Sequence record: MW749003.1
DNA length: 64,000 nucleotides
Reading direction: 5' to 3' (one strand)
Shown: piece by piece, positions 40,339-51,806 of the stretch
Position numbering within the stretch: the first letter of the stretch is position 1
Layout: the number at the start of each line of letters is the position of its first letter
Translations under genes and position numbers: made by a program
Notes under the pieces: generated by a model
What the model was told of the DNA's origin: nothing
Seen by the model: the letters and a program-made list of their open reading frames with translations, nothing else
Databases searched by the model: none

Positions 40339-40732
40339 ATGAAAGTTGTAAAAAGTATAGTGAATGTAGCAATTCAACCAGAAAGTGTAGATTATATGAA
40401 TAATTTATTTTCTTGTTATACAGAAGAAAATGATGTTCCACATCGTTTAACTATTAATAATCCAGTTATTCATATGTATCCAAAAGAAGATACATATGGT
40501 GAAGATGGAAAATTATATGGTTTTATTGATGCATTGAGATTCACAGCAGATATCTATGACCCCAGAGAAGAAAATAGTTTATAGGGATAATCGGTTAAGA
40601 GATGTTATCAAAACAAATGATAGTAAAATTAAAAATATTTCTTACTTCAAAGATCTTAGTACTATGATATCCTTTGATGGTAAACATATATTGCTTCCAA
40701 ATTATATAGAATTATTGGTGGAAAAAATATAA
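40339..40732 (+). pseudogene. hypothetical gene with a +1 frameshift in a C4 run (40560-40563)
   Basis: removing one C gives IYD-PEKKIVYRDNRLRD...LLVEKI* (about 130 aa). Confidence 0.5.
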
Positions 40733-40899
40733 ACATAGGAGATATTTATCATGTTAATACAACCAGTTAGTCCAATCATACCTATTTATAATAATAACTT
40801 AAAAGATAAATTCTTAAAAAATAAAAAAAATGAGAAACAAAAGAATGATTTAATATTTAAAGATATCTTAGAGAAATATATTAAAAAAGGGGTATTATT

Positions 40900-41352
40900 A
40901 TGAAACTAGAAAAATTTAAAATACCAAGAGTTGGAATGTTATATGAATATGCAAGATTTGATAGAAATAATAGTAATAAAAAATATAGTGAGATAAAATT
41001 AGTTAATACTTTATATAAAACAGATAATGAAATTTTAAAGGATATACCTTTTGAAGAGCTAGGTTTTAAAGGTAGTTATTATAATTGCGAGATTGCTGAG
41101 TATTTAGACTCTTATGATTTTTCTATGTTTAAAAATATATTTAATTATGATGAAGAGACAGTTAATTATATTAAAGAAGTTGGAAAAGGATATAATGAAT
41201 TTATTGTAATAAATGATTTAAGAGATGAGTTTATTTTTGTTAAATATTGTGAAGTTCTTATAGTAGGTGACTGCGCTTATCCACTTCCTACAGACAATTG
41301 TTATTGGTTAGGTGGCGCTAAAGTAGTAGATTGTCCTTCAGAGGACTATTAA
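40900..41352 (+). CDS. hypothetical protein
   Basis: 150-aa ORF with SD. Confidence 0.5.
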   Translation: MKLEKFKIPRVGMLYEYARFDRNNSNKKYSEIKLVNTLYKTDNEILKDIPFEELGFKGSYYNCEIAEYLDSYDFSMFKNIFNYDEETVNYIKEVGKGYNEFIVINDLRDEFIFVKYCEVLIVGDCAYPLPTDNCYWLGGAKVVDCPSEDY

Positions 41353-41381
41353 TTAGATACATACAACTAGGAGGAATATAA

Positions 41382-44300
41382 ATGGATGACATCAGTGTAA
41401 TTAAGAATGAAGATTATGAAGGTTCACATAGATTTTTAGCAGAGGAATTACTAATGCCTAATGCAAATAAAACAGATGGTAATAGATCTACAATGTTCTG
41501 CTCTCACTTAGCACAGGCAGTAACTCTACAAAAGGCTGAACCGCCATTAGTCTATACTAACTTTGAGAATCAAGTTGGAAAGTATTCAACTGCAGGTTAT
41601 AGAAAGGCTAATAGTAATTATAAGGTTATTGAAAAAATTTATAAGAATGATTATAATTATGTACTTATTGTACAAGATCAGGAAACTGGGGAATATACAC
41701 TATTTGAAAGAGCTGAATGTGAGTTTTTAACTGAACATTATGGTTTTCAATGGGATAATGATAAAATTGATTCATTAAAGAAAGATGATACAATTGAAAA
41801 AGATACTGTATTATATAAGAATACCTGTTATGATGAAAATATGAATTTTGGTTATGGTGTTAATTTAAATGCTGCATATTTTAGTTATAAGAATGAAACA
41901 TTAGAGGATGCTATTGTAATCTCTGAAAGTGCCGCTAAAAAGCTAGGAACATATAGTGTTAACAAAGTAAAAGTATCTGTCAATACAAATGATATCTTGC
42001 TTAACCTATATGGTGATAATGAGAACTATAAAGGATTCCCAGATATTGGAGAACATATTAAAAATCAGATTATTGCTAGCCGTAGAAGATTTGATTATAA
42101 CACTGCATTATATGAATTAAAGAATCTAAATGAAATGAGAGATTCAGATACTCCATTCTTTGCTGATGGTAAGATTGTAGATATTGAAATTTTCTCTAAT
42201 GTACCTGAAGAAGAATTAAAAGTACAGAAGTATAATGAACAAGTTCTATACTATATTAATAAACAAAAAGAATTTTCTAATAATGTTTATCAAAAACTTA
42301 AAAAGATTGTAGAAGATAAAGATAGTAACATTTCAGACAAGCTATTGCACTTCTATAATAATTGTAAAATGAGAATTGATGAAAATATTTCTTACACTTA
42401 TCAGAATAGTAAGTTTAGTGGTTTTATTATGGAATTCACAATTTTAGAGGAAGAACCATTAAATAAAGGAAGTAAGATTACAGGTAGATATGGTAATAAA
42501 GGTGTAATTAGTAAAATACTCCCTGATGATCAAATGCCTACTGTGGCTGAAGGACGTTTTAAAGGACTCAAGGCAGACATTTGTCTTAATCCTCTTGGTG
42601 TATTTAATCGTTTAAATTTAGGCGATTTAAAACTCTCTTAATTGCTGGAAACTCCTTAGAGCTTATTAGACCACAACGTAATCGGTGACGATAAGCGTGA
42701 AGGTTTGAAAACTAATAAGATTGGACAATCAGCAGTTATTAGGCTTAATTTTTAAAAATCCTCCACAATTAAATGAACAAATAAATATGAATTATTCATT
42801 TTAGGGGGGATTTTATGAAAAGAAAAATTTATAATGAGGATATTATTTCTAAAGAAGTTAGTATAATTAATCCTGAATATGAATATGTTAAATTAATAAA
42901 ACTAAAAGGTGTTCATTCAAAAATATTGATCAATCATAAAACATGTGGTAGAAATATTGAAATTATTTTCAATAACTTTAAAAATGGTAGAATCTGTAAA
43001 TATTGTAGTAAGAATTGTATAGATGAGAAATCTTTTAGAGAATTAGTCAAAGAAGATACCGACTATATTTTTGAATCATTTATTTCAATGAATAAAAAAA
43101 TGACTGTAACACATAAAAAATGCAGATATGTCTATGAAGTAAGACCATCAGATTTTGTCTATAATAAACATAGGTGTCCAAATTGTTCCAATCGTATAGC
43201 ATATACTGAAAAAACTTTAAGTAAAAAAATAAAAAGCATTGATTCAGAATATGAGATGATAGAAACAATTGATGGCTCTGGAGTAAGATCAAAAATAAAA
43301 TTAAATCATAAGAAATGCAATAAATCCTTTCAACTTATTGCAAGAAACTTTTTGATTAATAATCAAAGATGTCCATATTGTTATAGTAAAAGGATGTTTA
43401 ATCCGTCATTTGATTCTAAAGGAATTAAAAAGATAAAAGAATGGCTGGATAAAGAAGGATTTAAATATGAAACTGAAAAAACTTATGATGATTTGATTTC
43501 TCCATTCTCAAATAAGAAATTAAGATTTGATATTTTTCTACCACATTTAAATACACTGATTGAATTTGATGGAAAATTCCATTTCAAGTATAGTAACTCT
43601 AGTAAAATATTCTCCAAAGAAAATTTAGAAAAAACTAAAATTAGAGATGAAGTCAAGAATCAATATTGTAAAGAAAATAATATAACACTTTTAAGGATTA
43701 GTTATACTGATAATATTCATTATAAATTAGATAAACATTTTAAGTCTAATAATTCAACGACTATCGAAACCACTCTAGCAGATCATAGTTAGAAGGAAGG
43801 GAGTAGAGTACAGCCAAGCGGTAGAGGTATTCCGTAATAAGGTTATAATTCCTCTTTAAATGGAAACAGAGAGTTAATGAAGATATAGTCTCATCTCTAT
43901 AGAGATATAGAGCAGTTCATAAGAGAACGGCATGAAAGTAGCGACTTCATGTGAAGACAATGTGAATCCAAGTCAGTTAATAGAACAAGAATTAAACTGG
44001 ATTGCTAAATTCATTAGAAAAGATATGGAAGAAGCAGGAAGTAATGAAGAAAAAGTTAGCATCTTACTTGATTTCTTAAATAGAGTGAATAAAGAAGAAA
44101 CTGAATTAATGGAAGAATTCATTAATAGTCTAAATAAAACAGAATTAGAAGAGTTTCTAAATGATATTATTGAAAATGGAATTCCTATCTGTCAAAAGCC
44201 ATTCTTCGGTAATATTGGTTTAGATGAACTTTGGGAATTATATGATCATTATAACCATATTGATTACTTTAAATGTGAGGGAATTAGTACTCCTTTAATT

Positions 44301-44729
44301 ATTGGAGAAATTTATATGGTTAGATTAAAACATGAGCCACATTCTAAATTTAGTGCTCGTAGTACATCATTTATGAACCTAAGAGGTCTACCAGCTAAAT
44401 CTAAGAATTTTAAAGAGCATAAAGATTTATATTCAAAAACACCTGTACGTATTGGTAATATGGAGATTTCTAACTTAAGTCTTACTAATGAAATGGGTTC
44501 TATTATGGATATGCTAAATTCATACTCTAATAATGAGACTAATAGAAGAGAACTTATTATGCAATTATTAACTGGAAATCCATTTGATACCAATATTGAT
44601 CTTTCAGATGTAGAGTCAGGTACAAGTAAGATTCTTAAATCTTTATTCACATGTCTCGGTCTTTCTATTGATGATGTAGAAGAAGAATGGGAAAATAAAC
44701 TAAATGGAAAAGTAGAGGATGAAAAATAA
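41382..44729 (+). CDS. non-virion RNAP beta C-terminal subunit (AR9 gp089-like), spliced (exons 41382-42612, 43963-44729; 665 aa)
   Basis: LEDAIVISES, GSKITGRYGNKG, splice gives FNR-L(t|tg)-NPSQ, MVRLKH, RIGNME. Confidence 0.93.
42613..43962 (+). mobile_element. group IA2-like intron with homing endonuclease (1350 nt)
   Basis: P1 aatcgtt/ggcgatt with U42612.G42621; P7 gacta/tagtc; terminal G43962; phase-1 insertion. Confidence 0.92.
42815..43792 (+). CDS. intron-encoded homing endonuclease (three Zn-ribbon repeats plus Vsr/DUF559-like nuclease)
   Basis: HK.C...RCP.C repeats; RFDIFLP...IEFDGKFH. Confidence 0.85.
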   Translation: MKRKIYNEDIISKEVSIINPEYEYVKLIKLKGVHSKILINHKTCGRNIEIIFNNFKNGRICKYCSKNCIDEKSFRELVKEDTDYIFESFISMNKKMTVTHKKCRYVYEVRPSDFVYNKHRCPNCSNRIAYTEKTLSKKIKSIDSEYEMIETIDGSGVRSKIKLNHKKCNKSFQLIARNFLINNQRCPYCYSKRMFNPSFDSKGIKKIKEWLDKEGFKYETEKTYDDLISPFSNKKLRFDIFLPHLNTLIEFDGKFHFKYSNSSKIFSKENLEKTKIRDEVKNQYCKENNITLLRISYTDNIHYKLDKHFKSNNSTTIETTLADHS

Positions 44730-44902
44730 TGGGAGTGAATGAAATAGAAAAAGAAATTAGATGGGTTGCTGATAATACTATCTTTACCCATTTTACTTTT
44801 GGTATTCGTAATTTTAAGAAGATTCTAGAAGCTGTTTTAATTAAGTTAGATGGTCAATATGACACAAAATTAGTTCAAAATATAACTAGAGAAATTTCAT
44901 AA
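44729..44902 (+). CDS. 57-aa hypothetical protein (not in ORF track)
   Basis: TAATG coupling to the nvRNAP stop codon. Confidence 0.45.
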   Translation: MGVNEIEKEIRWVADNTIFTHFTFGIRNFKKILEAVLIKLDGQYDTKLVQNITREIS

Positions 44903-45031
44903 TAAGAGACGTATAATAGATGTGTGCCAGTTTCACATCTATTATACGCTATTAAAATTACAGGAGGACATTATTAATATGTTTATTTCCTGTAATAAAA
45001 AAGACACAATTTTGAGAGGAAGAGATATTTT

Positions 45032-45439
45032 ATGGGGAATGTAGTAGAATTTAAAAGAAAAACAGAAAATGAAGAAGTAACCGTAGAAGAAATTCAATTA
45101 GAATATGTTAAAAAGAAAATTTTAGATACATATGAATTAAAAGAAGAAGATATTATGGAAGTCGATGAAATGGTTAAAGTATATTTAGAACATCTAGAGA
45201 AAGGAGAGGTAATGGTCTTCTCAAGTAGTGAAGATGCTTTATCATTTGCTAATATTGTAATTAATCATCCAGAATTTAAAGATATTTCACATTTTAAAGT
45301 TACTCCTAATATTTCACGACTTTCAATGTTTTATGAACTAGAACCTGTAATGAAGAATTCTAATAAAAAGTATATCTTTCCATCAGAAGATAAATTTGTT
45401 CCATCTATTCACTATAGAAATATCAATGAAATTTTATAA
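45032..45439 (+). CDS. hypothetical protein
   Basis: SD gagagga; 135 aa. Confidence 0.55.
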   Translation: MGNVVEFKRKTENEEVTVEEIQLEYVKKKILDTYELKEEDIMEVDEMVKVYLEHLEKGEVMVFSSSEDALSFANIVINHPEFKDISHFKVTPNISRLSMFYELEPVMKNSNKKYIFPSEDKFVPSIHYRNINEIL

Positions 45440-45651
45440 TATTACATGAACTAGGAAGGGTTCACATTAATATTTATTAGAAATCATTACACTTATATTC
45501 TTTAAAATAGGAGGAAGAAAAATGTTGAGAAAGAAGGTATCCTTTATATGCTGTACAAAGATTATTTCATTATGAAGAAATAATTGAAAGACGAGATAAT
45601 ACTATTAAAGAACTAAAATTAAAAATTAAGAGATTAGAGGAGAATTAAATT

Positions 45652-45888
45652 ATGGGAAAAGAAGTAACATTTGAGATAGTAAAAGAATTAGGAGTACTTT
45701 CAGAAGGTAAAAATGGTTGGACAAAGCAGGTTAATATTATTAAATGGAATAATGGAAAACCTAAATTAGATATTCGGGATTGGAATGAAGACCGAAGCAA
45801 GATGGGTAAAGGAATTACATTAAATTATGATGATGTTCAATTATTATTTGACATTTTAGAAGATTGTAAAGATGATATTGATATCTAA
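45652..45888 (+). CDS. PC4/YdbC-family ssDNA-binding protein
   Basis: FEIVKELGVLSE..NGW.K.VN...WN...KLDIRDW...KMGKGITL. Confidence 0.85.
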   Translation: MGKEVTFEIVKELGVLSEGKNGWTKQVNIIKWNNGKPKLDIRDWNEDRSKMGKGITLNYDDVQLLFDILEDCKDDIDI

Positions 45889-45933
45889 TTGATATCAATA
45901 TCTCTTATTACAAAATTAGGAGGATAATTTAAA

Positions 45934-46215
45934 ATGGAAAAACAATATTTTTTAGAATTCGTTCACAACACTATTAAAGAAAATCCTGATTGGTTGGGAG
46001 AGACAGTTCTTTATATGCAGGATGGTCTTAAAAGATCATTAGAAGAAGAAAGACAAAAAAGAAATGATGCTGAATATGCATTAGTAATGGCATATGATAT
46101 GTTAAGCGAGAAAAAATTAAATAGCCGCCCAGCCAATCATATTGCTATTAAGAAAGTATTAAAAAATAGTTCTGCTTTTCAAGGTACTGCTTTTGTAGAA
46201 GAATTAGATGTATAA
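45934..46215 (+). CDS. hypothetical protein
   Basis: SD aggagg. Confidence 0.55.
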   Translation: MEKQYFLEFVHNTIKENPDWLGETVLYMQDGLKRSLEEERQKRNDAEYALVMAYDMLSEKKLNSRPANHIAIKKVLKNSSAFQGTAFVEELDV

Positions 46216-46279
46216 TATAGGAAATAATTTCAATATAAATGAAATATAGCAACAAAAAATTTTAAAGGAGGAATCAACA

Positions 46280-48923
46280 TTGGATAAACTTAAAATTCAG
46301 AAATTCATTATAAGTCTTAAACAAAAGAAAAATTTGAGTGCAGAAAAATTAGAAGAGGTCAAATCATTTCTAGATAAGGCTTCAGAAGCCTATTATAACA
46401 CTGGGCAAGAAATCTTATCTGATGATGAATTTGATGCCATTGCCAGAGAATTTAAACGTTTAGGTGGTAAATTAGATGTAGGTGCTAATCCACCTAAAGG
46501 AAAAGGAACAGTAGATGTATCTCATACATTTGCTGAGTTAGTTGGTACATTAGATAAAACAAATTTTATTTATGAAAAGAACGTTGATGATCCAAGCAAG
46601 AAGAGTGTAGAAGAATGGCTAAACAATATTATCAAAAAGTTAGGGAATGATAAAGAATTTAGTCTAGGTATCAGTTTTAAATTTGATGGTAATTCGGTTG
46701 TTATTGAATATAAAGATGGAAAAGTAGTTAGAGCATTAACAAGAGGTAGAAATGGTCTAGGAATGGATTTAACTCATGTCTTTAAAGATCATAATATTAA
46801 AAGAAAAGATCATGTAGGAATCAAATATGAAATCATTATTCCTTGGAAACGTTATGAAGACTTAATGAAAGATACTGGTGTATCATATGCTAATCCTAGA
46901 TCATTAGTATCTGGTAAATTAGGTGACGATAATGCTTATGAGTATTATAAATATATGGAATTAGTTCCATTATGGGTAAAACCTTACAATTCAACAATGG
47001 AAAGAACTGAACAGCTAGAATTTATTGAAGAAGCATTTGGGGAAGATAATAGTTTATTCAGTGATTATAGATTGATTGAAGGAGTAACAGGAAATAATTT
47101 AACTCCTTTTATGGAAGAATTAGAAGATATGTATGAAAAATATAATATTGAAAGATATAATCTTCCATTTATGATAGATGGTTTAGTTATTGAAGTATTA
47201 GAGGAAGATATTAGAAATACATTAGGGTATGTAAATGATGAACCTAACTGGGCGACTGCTTTAAAATTCCCTTATATGGAAAAAACTACTACTGTAACTG
47301 ATTTTGATTTTACATTAGGTGACTCAGGAATTATTACTGCAAGAGTCTGGTATGAACCAGTAACTTTTAATGGAACTGAACACCGAAAACAATCTCTTCA
47401 GAACTATAAGAGATTTAAAGAGTTGGGTTTAGGAATTGGTAGTCAAATCTTGGTTCAATATCGTAAATAAATTGCGATTCATATCAGTAATGATATGTCT
47501 AAACTCTCTTAATTGCTGGGACACCCTTAGAGCCTATTAAACTAAAACGTAACTGGTAACGGTAAGCGTGAATGTTTTAAAAATTAATAGGATTGGGCAA
47601 TCAGCAGCTGTCAAACATTAATGGACGAAATTTTTTATTGGAATATGACGGACATTATCATAAAACTGGTTGGAAAGGAAATCCTAAAAGTAAAGAAATA
47701 GTAGAAAAACATGATATGACCAAAAATATTTTCTGTCTAAAGAATAATATTTTTCTTTATCGAATTCAATCAGACAAAGAAACAAATGAACAAAAAATAC
47801 TTAATGAGTTAAATTTAATGTTTGGTAGTTCAACGACTATCGAAAATCTTAAAAAAGATGAGTAGAGTACCCCACAAGCGATTGGTGGCATAATTCTGGA
47901 ATGAATTATGGTATGGAATACTCCATATTGGGAAACAGAGAGTACCCTAAGAAGAATTATTAATTAAATTATTAGGGTATTGATATAGTCTCAACTTTAG
48001 GGAAACCTAAAGCAGTTCAAAAAGAACGGTATGAATCTAGCGAATTCATATGAAGTATATTGAATGATTGTCTTACCTATGTTGTTCCAATTTTAAATGA
48101 ACACAATAAAAATATCGCTCCTCACCCTTATACTGATAAATGTCCAGTATGTGATGGTGAAGTTGGGATTACTAAAACTGGTGCTTTCGCCTATTGTAAG
48201 AATGAAACATGTGAAGGTAAAACAGTAGGTAAAATTCAGAACTATTTAACTAAGATGGATATTAAAGGGATTAAAGAATCAACTATTGTCAAACTTCATA
48301 ATGCAGGATTAGTAAAAAGTATCACTGATCTTTATACAATGGATTATGGAAAGATTGCTGAAGTAGACGGTTTAGGAGCAATTGCTTCAATTAATATTAG
48401 TGGTGCTATCAATAGTAAAATTCCATATGACTATGAAATTATTGGTGCATTAGGTATTAGTAGTTTTTCTACATCCAAAGCTAAAGAACTTTGTAAAGTA
48501 TTTTCTGTTCAAGAAATGCTTGATATACTTGAGTGTTACTATCCTGAAAATCTAATTAACAGTATTACTCAACAAGAAGGATTTTCTGATATTACCGCTA
48601 ACTATATTGTGGAAGGCTTACAAAAGAATAAAGAAACTATTGAATTTTTATTAAAAAGAGAACACAAAGTCTTTAAAACAGAATATGAAAAAATGGCTGG
48701 AGTACAAGCTATGAAAATTGTTTTTACTAACTTCCGTGATGAAGCAATGCAAATTCAATTAGAGATGGCTGGTCATAAAATTACAAGTGCAGTCTCAAGA
48801 AAAACTAATATTGTCGTAACCCCTAATCCAAACGGAAATACAGTTAAATTAAAGAAAGCAAGAGAATATGGAATTCGAATTGTAAGTGTAGATGAGTTTA
48901 AAGAAGAAATGGGAATTAGCTAA
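46280..48923 (+). CDS. ligA: NAD+-dependent DNA ligase, spliced (exons 46280-47464, 48063-48923; about 681 aa)
   Basis: AYY...LSDDEFD, KFDG, LTRG.G..G, NPR, DGLVI, WATALKF; Zn finger CPVC; HhH motifs; BRCT. Confidence 0.92.
47465..48062 (+). mobile_element. group IA2-like intron with decayed endonuclease (598 nt)
   Basis: P1 atcgu/gcgau; P7 gacta/tagtc; terminal G48062; spliced junction YR|NDCLTY. Confidence 0.88.
47593..47865 (+). pseudogene. homing-endonuclease remnant (nuclease domain only)
   Basis: FLLEYDGHYH...D..KN.FC..NNI.L.RI; no Zn repeats, SD or promoter. Confidence 0.75.
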
Positions 48924-48964
48924 TATAAAATAAAGAGATTCTATTATAGAATCTCTTTATTTTT

Positions 48965-49771
48965 TTAATTTACCATGGATATAATAGCACCATTAATGGA
49001 TGATACAACCTTAGATAGAGATGCTAGTATTTTAGAATTAAGTTTAATTAATTCTGAGTGAACATGAATGGAACTTGATCCAATGAGATAACTTAATTCA
49101 TAGTTATCCATTCTTGAAATTCTTTCTTTAATTACAGAAAGATTATCTTTTAATTCTTTCATTGTTCCTTCCACTTCAGCAATATTTTTATAAGATAATT
49201 TTAAGAATGTTAATAGTTTATCAATATCTTTTGTAGTATAAGATGAACTACTCTTATTATCAAGTTTTTCACCAATTGATCGACTTAAACCATCTAAAGA
49301 TACGTCCATAGATGTTTTAAGAATACTAAATTGAGAAGGATCAGTAATGGTGGACATTCGATTATGACTATCCATTAGTTTTTTATAATAAGGATCATCT
49401 GAAAATGAACTAATAGTTTTTAATATTTTATCTGGATCAATTTCAATTGTAACTTTCTTCCCACTTGTAAAGTCACTTTCATGAATCTTCTTTTCCAATT
49501 CTGATGTCTTTTTGGCTAATTTAGAAGCAAATTTCTTAAGCTGTGTATTAATCCATTCTTTTATCCTCTGGATCAGTTCAGACAATTTTTTGATGATCTT
49601 TTTTAATCCATTAGATAAACCTTCATTAAGTAATTCGGTATTCTCATTAATTAAGTTATTATGATGCTTGATAATTAAATTTTTTTCGTCAAGATTCATT
49701 TCATTAATTAAGTTCATTAAGAAAATGTTCTCTTCATTTAGACTAATAAGAAAGTCGGTTGTTAAGTCCAT
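48965..49771 (-). CDS. late helical protein, probably head-internal
   Basis: late promoter 49800-49811 (-); ISLNEE/ELLNEG motifs before a coiled coil. Confidence 0.55.
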   Translation of the reverse strand: MDLTTDFLISLNEENIFLMNLINEMNLDEKNLIIKHHNNLINENTELLNEGLSNGLKKIIKKLSELIQRIKEWINTQLKKFASKLAKKTSELEKKIHESDFTSGKKVTIEIDPDKILKTISSFSDDPYYKKLMDSHNRMSTITDPSQFSILKTSMDVSLDGLSRSIGEKLDNKSSSSYTTKDIDKLLTFLKLSYKNIAEVEGTMKELKDNLSVIKERISRMDNYELSYLIGSSSIHVHSELIKLNSKILASLSKVVSSINGAIISMVN

Positions 49772-49870
49772 AACTATAAACCTCCAATTTTATACTTTTT
49801 ATTAAATTGTTCTAATAGAAATATAAATATATATTATTATACTGATCAAATTGTAAAGGAGAGAATTTTA

Positions 49871-50074
49871 ATGAGTTTATCTGATTCTATTGGAGCTGGA
49901 AGAGTAACAAAATTGGATAAGGATGAATTAAGAAGAGAACTTGAAAAATTCTATAATACTTCTAATCATCCCAAAAGAGAAAAATTATTTGAACTTGCTT
50001 GGGAATATGGTCATGCTCATGGCAGTCGTGAAGTGGATTTTTACTATGATGATTTAATTGATCTTATTCGATAA
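49871..50074 (+). CDS. small early hypothetical protein
   Basis: early promoter 49830; SD aaagga. Confidence 0.55.
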   Translation: MSLSDSIGAGRVTKLDKDELRRELEKFYNTSNHPKREKLFELAWEYGHAHGSREVDFYYDDLIDLIR

Positions 50075-50089
50075 AAAGGAGAGAATAAA

Positions 50090-50236
50090 GTGAAAGAAAA
50101 AATCGGTATACTTTTAGAGAAGATTAAAGATATGAACATTAATTTTAATCATGGCGGAGTAAATCTAGTTATTAACGAAGAAGGATTTAAATTAAATGTT
50201 GCTAAGAAGGAACAAAAGAAATTAGAGAATAAATAA
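50090..50236 (+). CDS. 48-aa hypothetical protein (not in ORF track)
   Basis: SD aaggag, GTG start. Confidence 0.4.
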   Translation: MKEKIGILLEKIKDMNINFNHGGVNLVINEEGFKLNVAKKEQKKLENK

Positions 50237-50309
50237 TTGGGAAATGAAAAATTAGGGAAGAATATTCTTCCCTAATTTGTTTATACTAATATAAAAAGGA
50301 GGTTAATGT

Positions 50310-50849
50310 ATGTCTATTAAAAGACAAGATGTAATTGACCAACTATGGGAAAGAAGATCAAATGATTATGTACTTAAAGATGATAAAGAAGAATTTGAGC
50401 TTGATGAAATAGTAAAAGTAACACACCGTCATCAAATTTTTGAAAAAGATCTTCATGATGTTGAATTTAAGTTACAGCATCTACTTGAAAGAAGTATTAC
50501 ATGTCCTATATGTCAGCCTAACACTCAGCATGAAGCTGGTGTAAAAGTCTTAAGAGATTATTTTAAGAATAAACTTCAATTGGCAGATGAAGAAATTCAG
50601 GAAAAGGCTATTGAAACCGATAAAGGACATGTATTCGATTTTCTAATATTTGATCGTTTAGTAATACATTATTTTGACCCATCTTATTATATAAACTTTA
50701 CAAGAGAATCAGATGAAATGGTAGATTTAATGGCAGAATTTGTTGATTCAGATGATTATGATTTACTCCCAGTAAACTATGCTAATATTACCAATATCTT
50801 AGCAGGGGGAGATTTAGATTTAAATCCAGATGAAGATGATGAAGAATAA
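50310..50849 (+). CDS. hypothetical protein with CxxC and an acidic tail
   Basis: CPIC; C-terminal DEDDEE. Confidence 0.55.
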   Translation: MSIKRQDVIDQLWERRSNDYVLKDDKEEFELDEIVKVTHRHQIFEKDLHDVEFKLQHLLERSITCPICQPNTQHEAGVKVLRDYFKNKLQLADEEIQEKAIETDKGHVFDFLIFDRLVIHYFDPSYYINFTRESDEMVDLMAEFVDSDDYDLLPVNYANITNILAGGDLDLNPDEDDEE

Positions 50850-50902
50850 CAGAAGGTTTATTTGAACCTTCTGTTATATTTATTTAAAGGAGAGAGGATT
50901 AG

Positions 50903-51706
50903 ATGATTACTAAGAGACAGATTGAAAGAGTATTCAAAGTTGCTCTACAGGAACAAGGAAAGAAAAATGATTACATAAGAGAAATTGCAAGAAGTTATAA
51001 AGGACATTTTAAGACATTTAACTTTTCTGATTTTGAAAATTTTGCAAAAAATTTGGATGATAAAATGTATGAGAGAGCATTCAGAAAATTTAAAAAGAAC
51101 TTTAAGGATGATACACTAGAGTTATATCTTCCTTTTGATAATATGGAAATTATATTTAATAATGGAGATGGTTTAGTTCCGCTAGGTAAGAAAGAAAGAT
51201 ATGAGATTATTAGAATTTTCATTACAAAAATTAAAGGAACTATTTATATTACTTCACATATTCTTGATAATGAAGAAAAGAAATTATACAATAATTATAT
51301 TACTTTAGAAAATGGTATTCTTGGAGGGATTCATGGTGAAGGAATGTTATCTGATAATTTAGCATCATTTGATTTATTTGTAAATTTAATGGTATGGTTA
51401 GATTATATCAATGGAAGTTACAGTGTAAAAATTATTGACAATAAGAGTCTTCCAAGAGAAGAGAGAAGACGTGTTAAAAGGGAATATCAAAAGACAAGTG
51501 GCACTATTAATTTAAACTCAAAAGAATTAATTAAAAGATATATTAGGGAAAAAGAATCAAATAAAAGAGGTAATAAAATCACCAAGCAATTTGAAGTCAG
51601 AGGTCATTGGGTACACCGTAAAGATGGAACTAAATATTGGAGAAGAGGTTATGTAAAGGGTAAACATTTAGAAGAAAAAACAAATAAAGATTATAATATT
51701 AACTAG
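50903..51706 (+). CDS. phage hypothetical protein with basic VRGHW C-terminal motif
   Basis: FEVRGHWVHRKDGTKYWRRGYVKG. Confidence 0.55.
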   Translation: MITKRQIERVFKVALQEQGKKNDYIREIARSYKGHFKTFNFSDFENFAKNLDDKMYERAFRKFKKNFKDDTLELYLPFDNMEIIFNNGDGLVPLGKKERYEIIRIFITKIKGTIYITSHILDNEEKKLYNNYITLENGILGGIHGEGMLSDNLASFDLFVNLMVWLDYINGSYSVKIIDNKSLPREERRRVKREYQKTSGTINLNSKELIKRYIREKESNKRGNKITKQFEVRGHWVHRKDGTKYWRRGYVKGKHLEEKTNKDYNIN

Positions 51707-51806
51707 GAGGATTAATATTTGTTAATCAATAGTTATGTATTATTTAGAGATATCATTTTAGGAATGCAATCTGGTTATAATGTAGTAGAAATAATTATAA
51801 ATTATA

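Noticed and set aside
42617-42618. Alternative 5' splice site after AAT(T) in the nvRNAP gene
   Set aside because: No in-frame G-ending partner. The site after T42612 gives a proper U.G P1 and restores RLNPSQ.
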